A stretch of DNA of 20,000 bases from an uncultured virus (IMG/VR IMGVR_UViG_2859243816_000004) (Duplodnaviria; Heunggongvirae; Uroviricota; Caudoviricetes). The stretch covers positions 52,940-72,939 of IMG/VR virus record IMGVR_UViG_2859243816_000004, one strand, 5' to 3'. Under the pieces are notes generated by a model, which had not been told where the DNA came from, did no database searches, and was given only the letters and a program-made list of their open reading frames with translations. A program made the position numbers and the translations under genes. Positions 7,626-16,635 of this stretch are shown here, piece after piece (within the stretch, counting starts at the first letter, position 1; every line of letters starts with the position of its first letter).

Positions 7626-8459
7626 TCAGCAATTGGTCAGAGAGCCAGCAGGCGCAGAGCCGCCCGGCGTGCGCTGGCGAAAATCTTTGCGGCTATCTTC
7701 CTGGCTCAGCTTCTGCTGCAGCTCGGCAAATGCCGTGGTTTGCGCCTGCAGCGCTGTTTCCAGTTCAGAAAGGCGCGTGCCCTGCTCAGATAAGGATTTT
7801 TGCGTGCTGTCGCCCAGGCTCTGCTGTTCGGTTGCCAGCAGCTCCACGGCTTTATGCACATCAGAGAATCGCGCATCGTCGCTTTGTTCTTTTTTGGTGA
7901 ACATCGCAGCAACACGGGAAAAGAGGTTCGGCTTTTCGTCCTGAACTTCTTCCAGTTCAATCACCGTTTCTTCTGCAGCGGTAAACAGGTTTTCCGGGCT
8001 TTGCTTACGATTCGCCAGCGGGTTTTGCTTAGCGCTAGCGCTGAAAGCCAGCATTTCAGTTCCCAGACTTGCCGGATCGTCAGTTGCCGCAAGCCCCACC
8101 AGATAGGCTTTGCCGGTATCAGCAAATTTCGGACTGACCTCCATGGAGGTGAACTGCTTTTGCCACTGCTTAATCAGGCTTACCAGATCGGGGGATGGGT
8201 TAATTTCGGCATACAAAGCCATTTTTCCTTTCAGCGGCCCATCCGTGATTTCCTCAGCGGTCAAACCGACGACATGCCCATAACGCTTAAACGTGCCATC
8301 CGGTGAATATCCTTTGATGTGCTCAAGGTTGATTTGTGCGGTATACACCGCCGGGTTATAGCTGGCAGCCATCTGAACTAGCCATTCACGCTGGATTTCG
8401 CGCCCGTCAGTGGTGGCACCTTCCACCCCGATACGGAATCGCTTTGTTTTCACTGTCAT
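7626..8459 (-). CDS. O: Capsid scaffolding protein/protease O
   Basis: ATG 8459 after GGAG; FRIGVEGATTDGREI, INLEH and YLVGLAATDDPASLGTE motifs. Confidence 0.96.
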   Translation of the reverse strand: MTVKTKRFRIGVEGATTDGREIQREWLVQMAASYNPAVYTAQINLEHIKGYSPDGTFKRYGHVVGLTAEEITDGPLKGKMALYAEINPSPDLVSLIKQWQKQFTSMEVSPKFADTGKAYLVGLAATDDPASLGTEMLAFSASAKQNPLANRKQSPENLFTAAEETVIELEEVQDEKPNLFSRVAAMFTKKEQSDDARFSDVHKAVELLATEQQSLGDSTQKSLSEQGTRLSELETALQAQTTAFAELQQKLSQEDSRKDFRQRTPGGSAPAGSLTNC

Positions 8460-8536
8460 GAGCTGTGCTCCGTTAGAAAAACTTACTGGAGCCTTATGTT
8501 TGCTGTGATGGAGGGGGTGAAACAACGCGCGCGCCT

Positions 8537-8554
8537 TGTGCGATAAACCACACA
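8537..8554. promoter_or_regulatory. Ogr-family late-activator site (TGT-N12-ACA) between divergent O and P
   Basis: TGTgcgataaaccacACA; centre about 55 bp upstream of the P ATG; -10-like TATGTT at 8589-8594. Confidence 0.8.
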
Positions 8555-8600
8555 AAACGCAGTCAGGGAAAGGCTGCAATCAAGGCCGTATGTTTGAGCC

Positions 8601-10364
8601 ATGGAAACCATGACCCCCGCAGACCTCGATCCCCGCAGGCAGGCAATGCTGCTGTATTTTCAGGGATACCGCGTAGCCCGCATTGCTGAAATGCTGGGCG
8701 AGAAAGTTGCAACCGTTCACAGCTGGAAAAAGCGTGATAAGTGGGGCGAGTATGGCCCACTCGATCAGATGCAGCTCACCACTGCAGCCCGCTATTGCCA
8801 GCTCATCATGAAGGAGCAGAAAGAAGGGAAGGACTTTAAGGAAATTGACCTGCTGGCACGTCAGTCAGAGCGTCACGCCCGGATCGGGAAATTCAACGAT
8901 GGCGGGAACGAGGCTGATTTAAATCCGAAAGTTGCCAACCGCAACAAAGGCCCGCGCCGCCAGCCTGAAAAGAATGTTTTCACAGATGAGCAGATCGAAA
9001 AGCTGGAGGAAATATTCCGTGGCGGTATGTTCGAATATCAGCGCCACTGGTGGCAGGCAGGCGTTAAGCACCGCATCCGCAACCTGCTTAAATCCCGTCA
9101 GATAGGCGCAACGTATTTCTTTGCCCGCGAGGCGCTGATCGACGCTATCACCACCGGGCGCAATCAAATATTTCTCTCCGCCAGCAAGGCGCAGGCACAC
9201 GTCTTTAAGCAATACATCATCGACTTTGCCAAAGAGGTTGATGTGGAGCTGAAAGGCGACCCGATGACGCTCAGCAACGGCGCCACGCTGTATTTCCTCG
9301 GCACAAACGCCCGCACCGCGCAGAGCTACCATGGCAACCTTTACCTTGATGAATATTTCTGGATACCGAAATTCCAGGAGCTACGCAAAGTGGCATCTGG
9401 GATGGCGATTCACAAAAAATGGCGGCAAACCTATTTTTCCACGCCGTCCAGCCTGACCCACAGCGCCTATCCGTTCTGGTCGGGCGCCCTGTTCAATCGG
9501 GGCCGCGCAAAAGCTGACAAGGTAGATATTGACCTGACCCACGCCAATCTGGCGCGCGGCGTGCTTTGCCCAGATGGACAATACCGCCAGATCGTCACCG
9601 TTGAGGATGCCGTGCGCGGTGGCTGTAACCTGTTCGACCTCGACCAGCTGCGCATGGAATACAGCCCTGACGAATACCAGAACCTGCTGATGTGTGAATT
9701 TATTGACGATCTGGCGTCCGTGTTCCCGCTCAGCGAGCTGCAGGCCTGCATGGTGGACAGTTGGGAAGTCTGGACTGATTTTCAGGCACTGGCGCTGCGT
9801 CCGTTTGGCTGGCGTGAAGTCTGGATCGGTTATGACCCGGCGAAAGGTACGCAGAACGGTGACAGCGCCGGTTGCGTCGTCATTGCCCCGCCATCAGTAT
9901 CGGGCGGCAAGTTCCGTATTCTGGAGCGTCACCAGTGGCGCGGAATGGACTTTCGCGCCCAGGCTGACGCTATCAAAGCCCTCACGCAGCAATATAACGT
10001 GACCTATATCGGCATCGACTCAACCGGCGTAGGCCACGGCGTCTATGAGAACGTTAAAGCCTTTTTCCCCGCCGTCCGCGAGTTCGTTTATAACCCGAAC
10101 GTCAAAAACGCCCTGGTTCTCAAGGCATACGACATTATCAGCCACCGCCGCCTGGAGTTCGACGCAGGGCACACCGACATCGCGCAATCCTTTATGGCAA
10201 TCCGCCGGGCCACCACCGCCAGCGGCAACCGCCCAACATATGAAGCCAGCCGAAGTGAAGAAGCCAGCCATGCAGATTTGGCCTGGGCAACGATGCACGC
10301 GCTGTTTAACGAACCGCTGCAGGGCGAGGCCGCTAATACCAGCAATATTGTGGAGATTTTCTAA
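8601..10364 (+). CDS. P: Terminase large (ATPase) subunit P
   Basis: DPRRQAMLLYFQG, Walker A-like KSRQIGAT, Walker B LYLDE, FSTPS, nuclease WIGYDPA and HADLAWA. Confidence 0.97.
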   Translation: METMTPADLDPRRQAMLLYFQGYRVARIAEMLGEKVATVHSWKKRDKWGEYGPLDQMQLTTAARYCQLIMKEQKEGKDFKEIDLLARQSERHARIGKFNDGGNEADLNPKVANRNKGPRRQPEKNVFTDEQIEKLEEIFRGGMFEYQRHWWQAGVKHRIRNLLKSRQIGATYFFAREALIDAITTGRNQIFLSASKAQAHVFKQYIIDFAKEVDVELKGDPMTLSNGATLYFLGTNARTAQSYHGNLYLDEYFWIPKFQELRKVASGMAIHKKWRQTYFSTPSSLTHSAYPFWSGALFNRGRAKADKVDIDLTHANLARGVLCPDGQYRQIVTVEDAVRGGCNLFDLDQLRMEYSPDEYQNLLMCEFIDDLASVFPLSELQACMVDSWEVWTDFQALALRPFGWREVWIGYDPAKGTQNGDSAGCVVIAPPSVSGGKFRILERHQWRGMDFRAQADAIKALTQQYNVTYIGIDSTGVGHGVYENVKAFFPAVREFVYNPNVKNALVLKAYDIISHRRLEFDAGHTDIAQSFMAIRRATTASGNRPTYEASRSEEASHADLAWATMHALFNEPLQGEAANTSNIVEIF

Positions 10365-11398
10365 TGGGCAAATGTAAGAACCGCCGCGCCGCGGCTAATC
10401 ACAACACAAATACCAGCCGCGGCGCAGCGGCAGAAGCATTCAGCTTCGGTGATCCGATCCCGGTACTGGACCGCCGCGAATTACTGGACTATGTGGAATG
10501 CGTGCAGATGGACAGGTGGTATGAGCCACCGGTGAGTTTTGACGGGCTGGCGCGCACCTACCGCGCCGCCGTGCACCATAGCTCGCCCCTTGCTGTGAAA
10601 CGTGACATTCTCTGCAGCACCTATATCCCGCACCGCCTGCTCAGCCAGCAGGCATTTACCCGTTTTGTGCAGGATTATCTGGTTTTTGGTAACGCCTATC
10701 TGGAGAAGCGCACCAATCGGCTCGGCGGCGTGCTTTCACTGGAACCAACGCTGGCGAAATACACCCGCCGTGGGGTGGACCTCGATACATACTGGTATGT
10801 GCAATATGGCCTGAAAACTCAGCCCTATGAGTTTACGACTGGTAGCGTTTTTCACCTGATGGAGCCTGATATTAACCAGGAGATTTACGGTTTGCCGGGT
10901 TATCTGTCCGCTATTCCATCAGCGCTGCTGAATGAGTCTGCAACGCTGTTCCGCCGCAAGTATTACATTAACGGCAGCCACGCGGGCTTTATCATGTACA
11001 TGACTGACGCGGCACAGAACCAGGAGGACGTGAACAACATCCGTCAGGCGATGAAAAGCGCGAAAGGGCCTGGCAACTTCCGTAACCTCTTTATGTATTC
11101 TCCTAACGGCAAAAAGGACGGTATTCAGATCATCCCACTGTCAGAAGTAGCAGCAAAAGATGAGTTTCTGAACATCAAGAACGTAAGCCGTGATGACATG
11201 ATGGCGGCACATCGCGTACCACCACAAATGATGGGGATTATGCCAAGTAACGTTGGCGGATTTGGAGATGTTGAGAAAGCCAGTCGTGTATTTGTTCGCA
11301 ATGAATTGACTCCCTTGCAAAAACGACTTGAAGAATTAAACAACTGGCTTGGAGAGAAAATTATAGCCTTTGAACCATACGAGTTATGTATAGAATAA
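10364..11398 (+). CDS. Q: Portal protein Q
   Basis: WYEPPVSFDGLA, INQEIYGLP, LNESATLFRRKYY.NGSHAG, KGPGNFRNLF and AHRVPPQ motifs. Confidence 0.97.
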   Translation: MGKCKNRRAAANHNTNTSRGAAAEAFSFGDPIPVLDRRELLDYVECVQMDRWYEPPVSFDGLARTYRAAVHHSSPLAVKRDILCSTYIPHRLLSQQAFTRFVQDYLVFGNAYLEKRTNRLGGVLSLEPTLAKYTRRGVDLDTYWYVQYGLKTQPYEFTTGSVFHLMEPDINQEIYGLPGYLSAIPSALLNESATLFRRKYYINGSHAGFIMYMTDAAQNQEDVNNIRQAMKSAKGPGNFRNLFMYSPNGKKDGIQIIPLSEVAAKDEFLNIKNVSRDDMMAAHRVPPQMMGIMPSNVGGFGDVEKASRVFVRNELTPLQKRLEELNNWLGEKIIAFEPYELCIE

Positions 11399-11411
11399 AT
11401 TATTGACTACC

Positions 11412-11442
11412 ATTGACCAGTTTCAATATACAACTGGTCAAT
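11412..11442. terminator. 11-bp perfect inverted repeat between convergent Q and sieB-like genes (possible bidirectional terminator)
   Basis: ATTGACCAGTT-tcaatatac-AACTGGTCAAT; no clear U-tract on either side. Confidence 0.45.
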
Positions 11443-11986
11443 ACATCCGTCTAAATCCTAACCTTTCGCCTGGTGTCATTGCCCTACCAGATGCCCCATC
11501 GAGTAAATGCTGGTTTTTTTCTAAATGCTCCCGTGCCCACGGCTGCAAGTTGTACGCGAATCCCTCAACCAAACTACCAATATTAGAGGAGCGATAAGTA
11601 ATTCCTTTAGCGACTAATCCTCCCATAACACCATCGTCCGGCCCGCATTTCTGCGTATTCAACCCATTAATTATATATGGAGCCAGATATCCCTTTTCCT
11701 CTGGTGTAAGTTTCTCTAACCATGCGATACGAGATTTTTGGTTTTGCTTATACTCATATATATCATTAAAAAATAGATATGTTTTCGCTACTAAAAATGA
11801 AATAGCAAGTAAAAAAGCTGGTCCTATATAAATCCTATATTCCCTTCGAAAGCCATCAACGGCAACCTGCGACGCCAATGTTTCAGGTAGGAACAGAATT
11901 AAACCCATTACACAAGTAATTGCAACGAGAAATACAGTTGGTATTTTACGGAAAAAGTCCACAATTCCTGTCACAACATCCATCAT
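11438..11986 (-). CDS. Cargo gene: superinfection exclusion B (SieB)-family-like membrane protein
   Basis: AT-rich; ATG 11986 after AAGGT; two N-terminal TM segments with LFLPE, then LTPEEK..L, V.GL..KGI and YNLQPWAREHLEKN, the pattern I recognise from SieB-family proteins. Confidence 0.75.
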   Translation of the reverse strand: MMDVVTGIVDFFRKIPTVFLVAITCVMGLILFLPETLASQVAVDGFRREYRIYIGPAFLLAISFLVAKTYLFFNDIYEYKQNQKSRIAWLEKLTPEEKGYLAPYIINGLNTQKCGPDDGVMGGLVAKGITYRSSNIGSLVEGFAYNLQPWAREHLEKNQHLLDGASGRAMTPGERLGFRRMY

Positions 11987-12071
11987 ACTATTACCTTTTG
12001 CCACCAAATGCCGTTCCCCAAAGTGTACTTGATAAATCTTTCAGATACACAAATTTTCCTGTGAGCGCGCG

Positions 12072-12090
12072 CTCGTATCCCCGCCACGCC
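12072..12090 (-). other. cos site (19-nt cohesive end)
   Basis: Minus strand reads GGCGTGGCGGGGATACGAG, similar to P2 cos GGCGAGGCGGGGAAAGCAC; expected position and orientation relative to Q. Confidence 0.88.
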
Positions 12091-12228
12091 TGCCCGCTTT
12101 ATGCAGTGGTTTTCATGCACCTGCATGACATACGGAAAAGTCCGCCAGAACTGGCGGGCCTCGGCTAAAACGATCCTCAAACGATCATGCGGATTCATGC
12201 GGCATAGGCATGCAGTCTCACCACATCG

Positions 12229-12486
12229 TCACGTCAGCGTAAAATCATCGTCAAAATCCATAAAATTAGCCGCCGTCTGCGTATGCTGGACTATGTACAC
12301 AACACCATCGTGAAGGGAAACCGGGTATTCAAACTCCAGCATAAACAATCCATCATAAGTTTTTCCTAACCAGAAGCCGCCGCCGTATTGCTTGCCTCGC
12401 TGAAACAGAACCCAGCCTCCGGGAACGTACTTCTGCAGTATCTCATCCCGATAAACGACCTGATAATTACTGTCACTTTTGCCCAC
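12229..12486 (-). CDS. Hypothetical protein (85 aa) downstream of the dinI-like gene
   Basis: GTG start with GAGG about 9 nt upstream; aromatic/Gly-rich with acidic tail DFDDDF; same strand as tum/dinI. Confidence 0.7.
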   Translation of the reverse strand: MGKSDSNYQVVYRDEILQKYVPGGWVLFQRGKQYGGGFWLGKTYDGLFMLEFEYPVSLHDGVVYIVQHTQTAANFMDFDDDFTLT

Positions 12487-12519
12487 GGCCTAACGCCTCG
12501 CTTCTCTCGTTGTTCAACC

Positions 12520-12553
12520 TTGCAAGCGGTAAAACCAGTTTTATCGCTTGCAA
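12520..12553. repeat. 16-bp near-perfect inverted repeat
   Basis: TTGCAAGCGGTAAAAC-ca-GTTTTATCGCTTGCAA, with one G/T mismatch. Confidence 0.75.
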
Positions 12554-12564
12554 TGTTCGCTAAG

Positions 12565-12798
12565 TTAATGCATCCAGCTATCGTCCTCCCAGACCTGATG
12601 CATTATTTCCATTACCTGCTGCTTATCTTCATCAAGTTTTACGCCACTCAATTCGATGCCATTGGTACTGCCTTTACGAATGCGGATCGTGGTTTTGGGA
12701 TACAGAGGTTGCAGGTTCCGATAAAGCTCTGCCTCTAATGCTTCCAGTGTCGCCTGGCTAATTTTCTGCTCTTTATCAATCATTATTTCGACACGCAT
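12565..12798 (-). CDS. DinI-family protein
   Basis: MRVEI...LEAEL..NL..LYP...IR.GS.NGIELSG...DKQQVMEIMHQVWEDDSW is DinI/MsgA-like. Confidence 0.88.
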   Translation of the reverse strand: MRVEIMIDKEQKISQATLEALEAELYRNLQPLYPKTTIRIRKGSTNGIELSGVKLDEDKQQVMEIMHQVWEDDSWMH

Positions 12799-12810
12799 AA
12801 GAGGCCGCCT

Positions 12811-12999
12811 TTAGCTGGTTACGTCCATTGAACGGTTATATTCATGGCTTCTGATTTTCGCCATCAACTCATCAGTCAGCTCTGAAACCCACTGGATAGC
12901 CAGCCGCTTTTCTTCATCGCTGCACTCACTAGCCGCTACAAGCTTGATAAAAAAATCAATGCGCTGGAGCTTCAACGACTCCAAAAGGTAGTCCTGCAT
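12811..12999 (-). CDS. tum: Tum-type SOS-inducible antirepressor
   Basis: ATG 12999 after AGGAGG; LQRIDFFIKLVAASECSDEEKRLAIQWVSELT resembles 186/Fels-2 Tum; LexA boxes directly upstream. Confidence 0.8.
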   Translation of the reverse strand: MQDYLLESLKLQRIDFFIKLVAASECSDEEKRLAIQWVSELTDELMAKIRSHEYNRSMDVTS

Positions 13000-13031
13000 T
13001 TTCCCTCCTATCACTACTATCGACCAAATAA

Positions 13032-13062
13032 CTGTATGTATATACACTGTTTATATATACAG
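13032..13062. promoter_or_regulatory. Tandem overlapping LexA (SOS) boxes
   Basis: CTGtttatatataCAG at 13047-13062 (consensus CTG-N10-CAG) and CTGtatgtatataCAC at 13032-13047 (one mismatch). Confidence 0.9.
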
Positions 13063-13142
13063 CATAGTAGCTATTTCGAATTGTAAAACCCTTTTTTGCT
13101 TTCAATCAGATAGCGCTGATAGAAATCAAATAATCAGGAAAA

Positions 13143-15563
13143 TCAATACCACTGCCGCCATTTGTCATCTTCCTGCAGTCGCTGGTTCCGGTAAAAAAGC
13201 CGCAGGCCAGCGCCAGATGGGATACTGCCACCTCGCAGAAGCAAATCGATCTCCCTGTCACCGCAGTCAAAGCCCCTGGACTGCAGCTCATACTCCAGCT
13301 GCAGACGCTGCTGATCGCTGATTTCCTGTTTATAGCCTCTTCGGCGCTTCGGTTTTACCAGCCGCAGACGGATGTTTAACTCACGCAGTTCCTTTTTCCC
13401 CATTCCATGCAGGTATTCCTGCAGTGTTTGGTCATCCATGGTCGTTATATCAGGTGCAGCTGGTGCAGTTTCCGCCCCTGATTCGTTCAAATTTTCCACA
13501 AGGGGACAGTTATTGCCACGAGTCCAAGGGGCGCAAGCGCCCTGGTCGGCTGCCGCCTCCTGAACGTCAACGGCCTTACGAACCTTTTTCCACTTCATCG
13601 CGTGCGTGCAAATCTTGCCCTCTACAATCGGGGACCAGATGCCATAGATACGGATACCGTGATCGCCGTAGGCGCTCGGTTCGTCGTTAAGCTCATAAGC
13701 CGTGCGGACAAGGTGATGTTTGCGGGGAACCAGTACACCGCCCTGTTTCATGATGTAGGTGGCAAAGCAACCTGCGTCCGCAGCTGCCAGTACCGCATCC
13801 AGACGCGGATTATCCAGTACCGGCACACCCACTTTACGTTCGCCCTGCACTCTCGCGGTCTGACCAGCCAGCAAGCGCAGCTCGCGGTATGCCTGACGCC
13901 CCGGAATACCAAAGAAACGAAATTGCTGGACACGGTGCAGCGACGCCCAGGCGCTGACATGCTCGGCGCTGTCACGCAGTGATCTGCCGGTTTCTTTACT
14001 GATTTCTTTAGCCAGCCCGCGCCCGTCGATGTTCTTACTGATGTATTTGGCGATGTAGCTGGTCGGCGTGCCCTTGCGCGGGTTGATTAGCTCAGACTTG
14101 AAGCGCGGCCCGGTATTGGTGCCCAGCTCCTCGCGGTCTTCACGGATTGCAAACTTACGCAGCAGCGCGGTGATGGAGCGACGGTCTTTTTTGCGCATAA
14201 AGCACAGAAGATGCCAGTGCACGGTGCCGTCATGGTGCGGCTCTGCAACGCGGACTCCGTACCAGCGCAGCCCGGCCTTGTGCATGGACTTGCGAAAAGC
14301 GGCGAATGTATCAACCAGATAATCACTGCTCTGCCGGACAGTGGCGCTGGTCCATTTCGGATTAGGTCTGCCATTATTGAGGGTTGCGTGGAAACGTGAC
14401 GGGCAGGTGATGGTATAAAACACCGCGCAGTCTCCGCGCATTTCCGCGATCAGCTCCAGCCCTTTAACACAGGCCATCATTTCATTACGGCGGTGCGCCG
14501 GATTGCTGTTGCTGGCGTTAACCACATCTTCCATGTCCAGCGTGTCACCGTCTTCGTTGACCAGCTCATGCGAGCGGAAGAACTCCAGCGATTTTCGGCG
14601 CTGCTCGCGTTTGTGGATCACGGCTTCATAGCTGACATACGGGGACGCTTTCTTGTTGACCAGGCAGACCGCGCGCAGTTGCTCCTCCCGCCACTCACAG
14701 CGCATCTGCCACAATTTGCGATACCACCAGTCCGCGCACAGCATGCGCGCCAGCGACGGTGGGATCAGTTCATAAGGCACCGGCTTGCGGCGGCGCTTTT
14801 TGCGGCGTAACTGCTCAAAGGCAGGCGGGATGACCTCAAGGCGCATGGCTTCTGCAGCAACCCTTTCCCATGCCTGGCGGATTTCTTCTGGTTTAACATC
14901 GTCACTGACAAACAGATCACCGCAGGCCGCATCAAGACACATGCTCATATGTGCCGCAACCAGCGTGGAAAGGCGCTTGACCTGATCCTGATTCATTTCA
15001 GGCAGTACCAGCAGCCCCTCCAGCCCGTCCTGGCTCGCCATGAACCGAAAAGACGCAGACACCTGACTGTCACGCACACGCTCCAGCCGCTCAAGACAAG
15101 GCCTGATTGTTTCGCGCAGATAGCGGGAATAAGCTTTAGCCCTGCCCAGGCTATGGAAGTATTTAATCCGCTCCAGCAGAGGCTTGCTGATATGGGCAGG
15201 CATGGCGCTTACTTCGGCAATAATCACCAAATCGGGATTAACGCGCTGCTGTTCGCGGGCCATTTTGACATGGCTAATCAGCCGATCCTGCTCTATTTCA
15301 CGCTGGACAGGATCGCGGGATTCATTAAAGAAATAACGTTCCCAAACCTTATCACTCAGCGCCTCACGGCGCAGATGCTCCTGCTCGTTATCCGTAGCGT
15401 AGAGAGTGATCAGGTTTGAAAGCGCAGACTCTGGCGCAACTTCCGCCGGGTCCAGATATGGGTTAACCGCTTTTTTTGGGGCATTCCATGGAAAGGCCAC
15501 GGCGGCCTCATTCGAACCGCCGGTGGTTTGTGCATGATGTAATGTGAATTTACTCACTGCCAC
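13143..15563 (-). CDS. A: Rolling-circle replication initiator A (HUH endonuclease)
   Basis: [36 protein letters not shown] and QQFRFFG motifs. Confidence 0.96.
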   Translation of the reverse strand: MAVSKFTLHHAQTTGGSNEAAVAFPWNAPKKAVNPYLDPAEVAPESALSNLITLYATDNEQEHLRREALSDKVWERYFFNESRDPVQREIEQDRLISHVKMAREQQRVNPDLVIIAEVSAMPAHISKPLLERIKYFHSLGRAKAYSRYLRETIRPCLERLERVRDSQVSASFRFMASQDGLEGLLVLPEMNQDQVKRLSTLVAAHMSMCLDAACGDLFVSDDVKPEEIRQAWERVAAEAMRLEVIPPAFEQLRRKKRRRKPVPYELIPPSLARMLCADWWYRKLWQMRCEWREEQLRAVCLVNKKASPYVSYEAVIHKREQRRKSLEFFRSHELVNEDGDTLDMEDVVNASNSNPAHRRNEMMACVKGLELIAEMRGDCAVFYTITCPSRFHATLNNGRPNPKWTSATVRQSSDYLVDTFAAFRKSMHKAGLRWYGVRVAEPHHDGTVHWHLLCFMRKKDRRSITALLRKFAIREDREELGTNTGPRFKSELINPRKGTPTSYIAKYISKNIDGRGLAKEISKETGRSLRDSAEHVSAWASLHRVQQFRFFGIPGRQAYRELRLLAGQTARVQGERKVGVPVLDNPRLDAVLAAADAGCFATYIMKQGGVLVPRKHHLVRTAYELNDEPSAYGDHGIRIYGIWSPIVEGKICTHAMKWKKVRKAVDVQEAAADQGACAPWTRGNNCPLVENLNESGAETAPAAPDITTMDDQTLQEYLHGMGKKELRELNIRLRLVKPKRRRGYKQEISDQQRLQLEYELQSRGFDCGDREIDLLLRGGSIPSGAGLRLFYRNQRLQEDDKWRQWY
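13506..13534 (-). other. Replication origin (gpA nick region) inside gene A
   Basis: Minus strand GCGCCCCTTGGACTCGTGGCAATAACTGT resembles the P2 ori GCGCCTCGGAGTCCTGTCAATAACTGT, in the 3' part of A. Confidence 0.75.
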
Positions 15564-16411
15564 GCCCGCACCTCAGTTTCCACCGAGATATCTGGACCGG
15601 ACGCCAAATCTACACCAAACCAGCCTGCTGATTTTGTGGCGATGATTTCTACTGCAGTTTTACTATCACCGGCAGCCACGCCCATGCTGCGCTTAGCGGT
15701 TATACGATGGCGAGTAAAATCACGATAAATCGAACGGGTCAGAGACGTATCGCTGTTGGACACGATAACCGTATGGTCTTCTGATGACCGGCGTTCAAGA
15801 ATAGACGCCAGATGGTACTGATCATCCTCTGTAAAACCAGCCGTGTGATATCCGTTAAACGTGCCGTCATATGGTGGATCGCAATAGACAACATCACCCG
15901 TTTGCAGCAATGCCAGTGTCTCGTCATAGCTAGCGCAGATAAACGTTGCGCGTTTTGCTTTTTCTGCAAATATGCGTATTTCGTTTTCAGGGAAGTACGG
16001 CTTTTTATAATTACCGTAAGGAACATTAAAATAACCGTCCAAGTTATAGCGACACAGTCCGCGATAACCATGGCGATTTAAATATAAGAAATACAATGCA
16101 CGTTCAATTGCGCCACCATGGCGCAAGTTAAACTCCTGTCTCGTCTTATAATATGCCTCTGGATCATTACGGGCTTCAAAAAGATATCTGCCCTCTTTGA
16201 TGAAGTATTCAACATCATTCTTAATCACCTGATAGAGATTAATCAGGTCTGGATTAATATCCGCGACAAGATAATGAGGATAGTCTGTCGCCATCATCAC
16301 AGCACAGGAACCCGCGAAAGGTTCAACCAGTCGCGGGCCTGCTGGAAGGTGTTTTTTCAGTTCTGCCATGATGGCGGTTTTATTACCCGCCCATTTCAGG
16401 ATAGTGCTCAT
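15554..16411 (-). CDS. dam: DNA adenine methyltransferase (Dam family)
   Basis: Start ATG 16411; [26 protein letters not shown] and VYCDPPY motifs. Confidence 0.95.
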   Translation of the reverse strand: MSTILKWAGNKTAIMAELKKHLPAGPRLVEPFAGSCAVMMATDYPHYLVADINPDLINLYQVIKNDVEYFIKEGRYLFEARNDPEAYYKTRQEFNLRHGGAIERALYFLYLNRHGYRGLCRYNLDGYFNVPYGNYKKPYFPENEIRIFAEKAKRATFICASYDETLALLQTGDVVYCDPPYDGTFNGYHTAGFTEDDQYHLASILERRSSEDHTVIVSNSDTSLTRSIYRDFTRHRITAKRSMGVAAGDSKTAVEIIATKSAGWFGVDLASGPDISVETEVRAWQ

Positions 16412-16635
16412 ACAGCACCCCCTACGTAATGTTTGCCTTTCAGCTCTGCGATTTCCTGACAGGTGACGCAACACTGCACGCCCGGAATAGCGCGGCGGCG
16501 AGCTGGCGGGATCGGTGCATCGCAATCAATGCAGAGCACACGGGAAACGCCCGGCGTTCTGTTGCGGGCAGTGTGGATGTGGCGCTGACGTTCTTCTTCA
16601 ACGCGCTGCTGTACAAGGTCCATTGAATCAGCCAT
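16408..16635 (-). CDS. TraR/DksA C4 zinc-finger protein (P2 Orf82-like)
   Basis: MADSMD N-terminus; CIDCDAPIPPARRRAIPGVQCCVTCQ. Confidence 0.9.
   Translation of the reverse strand: MADSMDLVQQRVEEERQRHIHTARNRTPGVSRVLCIDCDAPIPPARRRAIPGVQCCVTCQEIAELKGKHYVGGAV

Noticed and set aside
6449..7900. 483-aa plus-strand ORF
   Set aside because: Antisense shadow of capsid gene N and O with no recognisable motifs; long antisense frames are common in GC-rich, codon-biased genes.
8504..8524. Second possible activator site TGT...ACA
   Set aside because: Spacing is N15, not N12.
11983..12313. Small ORFs spanning cos (11983-12198, 11920-12168, 12101-12313)
   Set aside because: They overlap the cos cis-acting region and lack convincing RBS or protein features.
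13103..13146. Repeated AATCA motifs after the A stop, as possible IHF sites
   Set aside because: They do not complete the WATCAANNNNTTR consensus, and the AT-rich context explains them.
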